Origin: Hydrolagus colliei
Lineage: Eukaryota
NCBI GenBank assembly: GCA_035084275.1
Contig: CM068745.1
Span: forward strand, 32,178,001 to 32,242,000
Reading direction: 5' to 3'
Length of the DNA stretch: 64,000 nucleotides
Shown here: one piece after another, positions 62,572 through 64,000 of the stretch
Layout of the letters: each line of letters opens with the position of its first letter
Position numbering within the stretch: the first letter of the stretch is position 1
Made by a program: the position numbers and the translations under genes
Notes under the pieces: generated by a model
Database searches by the model: none
Told to the model about the DNA's origin: nothing
Seen by the model: the letters and a program-made list of their open reading frames with translations, nothing else

Positions 62572-62905
62572 TAACAACAACAACAAAATTACATAGCGCC
62601 TTTCACATCAGAGAGGATGTCCCATTATACCAATGAACAATGGGGAGATTATTACCCCCGGAAAGCAATCTGCCAATCAACTAACAACCGGGTTCCTAAT
62701 TACTTCTCAGTAAACAGAGGCATTTGGATTAAGGAAACTTGCCTACAGTTTTGCCTTGTCCGGGAATCAAACTCGGGCCCTATTGTTTGCAGGACGAGCA
62801 TGCTAACCAACAACAACAAAATTACATTTGTAGAGCGCCTTTCACATAGGGAGGATGTCCCAAGGCACTGGGATGCCACTAGGAGACAAGACTCCATAAG
62901 TCACT
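62572..62905 (-). mobile_element. tRNA-SINE fragment with two short L2-tail insertions
   Basis: Body matches 480-600; L2 tails at 62572-62625 and 62808-62870. Confidence 0.6.
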
Positions 62906-63044
62906 ATACAGTATGTCATTTACAGGTAAAATAAATAAATGATTTTTAGATACAGCTGAAAGTCTTACCCTTAAATAAATGATTACACACACAGAACAAA
63001 TTCTCTCCATCCATTTCAAGTCAAAACTATTGGATTCAACTCAC

Positions 63045-63191
63045 CCGAATCCTCTTCAGCCAATCAATCTCATTATTCAGCAGAACTTCTGCATTCGGCA
63101 AGTTAATGTTGCTATTATAGGCATAATTAAGCAAATGCCTCAATAACGTAAAGTAGTCTGCTGAATGTTTTGCTCTCTCTCTTGCTGTACT
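63045..63191 (-). CDS. usp9x: usp9x exon
   Basis: [49 protein letters not shown]; 147 nt. Confidence 0.96.
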
Positions 63192-63509
63192 CTGGTAGCA
63201 GGAAAACAAACATATAATTCAGCTATCTTGCAGCAACAACAACAACCAAATTACATTTGTGTAGCTCTTTTCATGTTAGGAGGATATCCCAAGGAGCTGG
63301 TACTGCAGTTAATAATACAAACTTGTTTCATCCAAAAGTTCACAAGGAAATTCACGAGCACTCAAATAAAACAGATTGTATCCTGACTTTGATTCTTTTA
63401 TGATGCCTTTTTTAAAAAAAAGAAAACTTTTAATAGCTCATTATTGTTCAGTTACATCAATTATAACAATGTAAACAGTATTATTAGAAATGTAAGAAAA
63501 TGTTCTTAC

Positions 63510-63618
63510 TGCTAATACAGTGAAGAGCAGAGTAATGAAGAAAAGGAGAGGCCGATGTCCCATGCAGCATCTGGTAGCCATCAGGAAGAACTGCTCCTGA
63601 GCCATTTGCCTTACAGCT
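63510..63618 (-). CDS. usp9x: usp9x exon (most 5' exon in the window; the gene continues to the right)
   Basis: [36 protein letters not shown]; 109 nt; tag| and |gtaaga. Confidence 0.95.
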
Positions 63619-64000
63619 CTATGATTTGAAAAATAGGAAACCTTTTACAATTTGAATCTTCAAACTGCTGTTGTACAATACGAAACTGCTGTTGTGACTA
63701 TGGTGTGACAGTTTTTAGCACATGCCTTAATTTTAGGAGAAAATGCCCTACAACAGGTAAATGTACTTCACATGTATGCTTACATGTATATTTATTTAAA
63801 CATCTAAACAAATATCTATCACCATTTAGTGCAAAACATTTAGTGCAGTCTTTCTTGTTCAAAGTTTGTAAATGTGGGTCTTCTCTTTATTTTTCTTTTC
63901 GAAGATGCACCAGACCCATCCCTGCTCTCTTTCCAAAACGTGGTTGGATGTGGCTTGCCCTCTACTATAACTTGCCTTGTTGGAACTACTTGTTATAGGC

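Overview
Eukaryotic vertebrate genomic DNA. The repeat content (abundant L2 LINEs with (TTG)n tails, DeuSINEs and a shark-type Penelope-like repeat) points to a cartilaginous fish, probably a chimaera or elephant shark; this is an inference. Two convergent genes are present. The first is a complete rpl8 (uL2) on + with a non-coding 5'TOP exon and 5 coding exons (774 nt, 257 aa; ATG 18335, stop 23479). The second is the last 19 coding exons of usp9x on - (63618 to 29207, about 1220 aa including the full USP catalytic domain), with a conserved 3'UTR. The first ~120 bp are a CpG-island promoter with an NRF1 motif and two BANP motifs, probably belonging to ddx3x by synteny. Most of the remaining sequence is decayed L2/CR1 LINEs, DeuSINEs, Tigger/pogo-type MITEs and a Penelope-like repeat with degenerate hammerhead cores. 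The most notable observation is in rpl8 intron 2: it starts at a GC donor, while a perfect CTG|GTAAGT donor lies hidden in a 33-bp, G:U-rich, sense-strand hairpin. Intron 5 holds a candidate PTC-containing cassette exon. Together these suggest an untested AS-NMD autoregulation system. Comparisons with human or other species are from recall and were not computed.
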